A DNA stretch of 64,000 nt, taken from contig JALVDV010000007.1 of the NCBI GenBank assembly GCA_027008775.1, positions 5,797 to 69,796 of the forward strand. The letters are read 5' to 3'. This DNA is from Candidatus Moraniibacteriota bacterium. GTDB lineage: Bacteria > Patescibacteriota > Minisyncoccia > Moranbacterales > DUUL01. A program made the translations under genes and the position numbers. How positions within the stretch are numbered: the stretch's first letter is position 1; every line of letters starts with the position of its first letter. The notes under the pieces were generated by a model. The model did no database searches, was not told where the DNA came from, and saw only the letters and a list, made by a program, of their open reading frames with translations. Below are positions 62,304 to 64,000 of this stretch, piece by piece.

Positions 62304-63548
62304 ATGCTGAGAAAGGAAATTGTTTTACAAAAAATTTTGAGAATTTTAGCCGGTGCTGTTTTGAAAAAATACCAGTCAAGGGTGGTGGCGGTTACCGGCA
62401 GTGTGGGTAAAACAACCGCCAAGGAAATGATTTTTAGAGTCTTATCCGGCGATAAACTGAAAGTTTGGAAAAGTCAAAAGAACTACAATAATGAGTTGGG
62501 AATTCCCTTGGCGATTTTGGGGATTTCCGGGGAGAAAAAAAATTGGTGGGGCTGGTTGTCTGTTTTGTTGCGAGCCGGACAATTGATAATTTTTCCCAAT
62601 AATTATGCTGATGTTTTAGTTTTGGAATTGGCGGCTGATTCCAGGGGAGATATTAAATATTTTTGCAGCTTCATTCCAATTGAAGTGGGGGTTGTTACCA
62701 ATGTTGGAATTTCTCACTTGAAAAAGTTTGGCAGTCAGAAAGCTATTTTTGAAGAAAAGACTTATTTACTGAAGAGAGCAAAGGAGGTAGCGATTTACAA
62801 TAGAGATTCTTTGGAAGTAGAAAGCTTAAAATTAAAGCAAAAAACTTATTCTTATGCTTGTGAAAAAAAGGCTGATTTTAAAGCGGATGATATTGACTAT
62901 TTTTACAAAAAAGATAAGCGTTTGCCTCAGGGTCTTGTTTTTACAGTAAAGCATCAAGAGAAATCAATGGTGATTAAATTAGAGGGTTTGTTTGGCAGGG
63001 GTTATATTTACGGGGTGTTGGCTGCCTTGGCGGTGGCCCAATATTTTGCCATTGATTTAAATAAAGCCAAGAAGCGTCTGGAAAAAACAAAACCGCTTTC
63101 AGCACATTTGGAAGTAATTCAAGGAAGAAGGGGGGCTATTATTATAAATGACGTTTACAATAGCGCGCCTGACAGTTTGCGAGAAGCATTGCGGTTGGTG
63201 AAAGATTTACCGGCGGAGAGAAGGTGGCTGGTTTTGGGGGACATGTTGGAATTGGGCGAATTTGAAGATAGCGCTCATCGGGAAGTTGGCGAGCTTTTAT
63301 CTTCGGGAGAGAAGAATTTTGTTCTGGTAACGGTGGGAGAGAGAATGAAATTGGCGGGTGAGGAGTACCAAAAACGAACCGGTAATAAATTTTTTGCTTT
63401 TGCTAAGGCGGCTGAGGCCGGTCGGTGGCTAAGAAAAAAAATCAGGAAGGGAGATGTTGTGTTGGCAAAAGGCTCCCGAGGAATGAAAATGGAAGAGGCG
63501 GTGAAGGAATTGGTGACGGGGAAGAAAGCAAAAATAAAGAATTCTTAA
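62304..63548 (+). CDS. murF: UDP-N-acetylmuramoyl-tripeptide--D-alanyl-D-alanine ligase MurF, lacking the canonical N-terminal domain
   Basis: LAGAVLKKYQSRVVAVTGSVGKTTAKEM aligns with E. coli MurF LAAWVRQQVPARVVALTGSSGKTSVKEM. IINDVYNSAPDS. ~85 N-terminal residues are absent. Confidence 0.7.
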   Translation: MLRKEIVLQKILRILAGAVLKKYQSRVVAVTGSVGKTTAKEMIFRVLSGDKLKVWKSQKNYNNELGIPLAILGISGEKKNWWGWLSVLLRAGQLIIFPNNYADVLVLELAADSRGDIKYFCSFIPIEVGVVTNVGISHLKKFGSQKAIFEEKTYLLKRAKEVAIYNRDSLEVESLKLKQKTYSYACEKKADFKADDIDYFYKKDKRLPQGLVFTVKHQEKSMVIKLEGLFGRGYIYGVLAALAVAQYFAIDLNKAKKRLEKTKPLSAHLEVIQGRRGAIIINDVYNSAPDSLREALRLVKDLPAERRWLVLGDMLELGEFEDSAHREVGELLSSGEKNFVLVTVGERMKLAGEEYQKRTGNKFFAFAKAAEAGRWLRKKIRKGDVVLAKGSRGMKMEEAVKELVTGKKAKIKNS

Positions 63549-63567
63549 GTTGCTTTGTTATAGATGT

Positions 63568-64000
63568 ATGAATAGAATAATTGAAACTTGCAAATTCGTT
63601 GTTGATAATTCTCAACATGTAAAAATAAACTCTGAAAAAGTTAATGAGTTTGTTAATTATTTTAATCATTCTCATATCAAACATTGGATTGATGAATCGC
63701 CATTTAATCTCAGAAAGTTAAACCCAAAAGATAGATTGCATTTTTTGCTCGTGTTTAACTCAATTAGTTTTTCTTATTGGGGCGACCCAAAATGGAAAAT
63801 AATTTATCATTCCAAAGAAGTTGATGGTGCTTATGGAATGATTTGTGCCATTGCCAGAGCAATAGAGAATAAGATTCCCATTTTGGACGCGAAATTTCTT
63901 TCTGAGATTAAAGAAGAAGAGCTTAGTAAAATCTTAGAGGGCAATGTTCAAATTCCTCTTTTTGAAGAAAGATTGAATATTTTACGAGAGATTGGAACAA
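63568..64000 (+). CDS. hypothetical protein, 3'-truncated by the window end
   Basis: Open frame MNRIIETCKFVVDNSQHVKINSEKVNEF... runs to the window edge. No confident family assignment. It is not in the ORF track because it is unterminated. Confidence 0.35.
   Translation, partial: MNRIIETCKFVVDNSQHVKINSEKVNEFVNYFNHSHIKHWIDESPFNLRKLNPKDRLHFLLVFNSISFSYWGDPKWKIIYHSKEVDGAYGMICAIARAIENKIPILDAKFLSEIKEEELSKILEGNVQIPLFEERLNILREIGT

Overview
AT-rich bacterial chromosomal segment whose gene content and organisation look like a small Candidate-Phyla-Radiation (Patescibacteria)-type genome. Short genes sit in compact, mostly same-strand operons. There is a complete type IV pilus/competence locus embedded among core genes.

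Core genes, in order:
- a CDP-alcohol phosphatidyltransferase, an alpha/beta hydrolase, recG (- strand) and a tRNA-Arg (- strand)
- one open frame that fuses IspH to the RNase YbeY, followed by an overlapping dgkA
- argS, a catalytically degenerate NrnA/DHH homolog, comFC and clpC
- the pilus locus: pilM-pilN-pilO-pilB-pilT-pilC, three major-pilin paralogs, pilD, at least three minor pilins, and a PilX-like protein carrying a C-type-lectin-fold tip domain
- a protein-kinase-like ORF, murC, capA, tsaE, a Wzz-like protein and a GT1 glycosyltransferase
- a sigma70-region4/HARE-HTH protein
- two paralogous modules, each built as extended -10 promoter, conserved ~130-nt leader, small upstream ORF, and a soluble VirD4/TraD-like coupling ATPase. 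The two modules are separated by mnmA.
- ligA, dnaG-rpoD, ftsA-ftsZ, rpsL-rpsG-fusA-tuf
- the dcw cluster mraZ-rsmH-ftsL-ftsI, then an ~850-bp non-coding gap, then an N-terminally short murF

Accessory features are sparse. There is a decayed IS1595-family transposase remnant in a 1.3-kb non-coding island. A 30-bp perfect palindrome, embedded in a ~130-bp repeat unit, occurs as two tandem pairs at 11.8 kb and 61.6 kb. No rRNA, CRISPR array or prophage was seen.

All calls come from manual motif recognition on the supplied translations. No database search was run.
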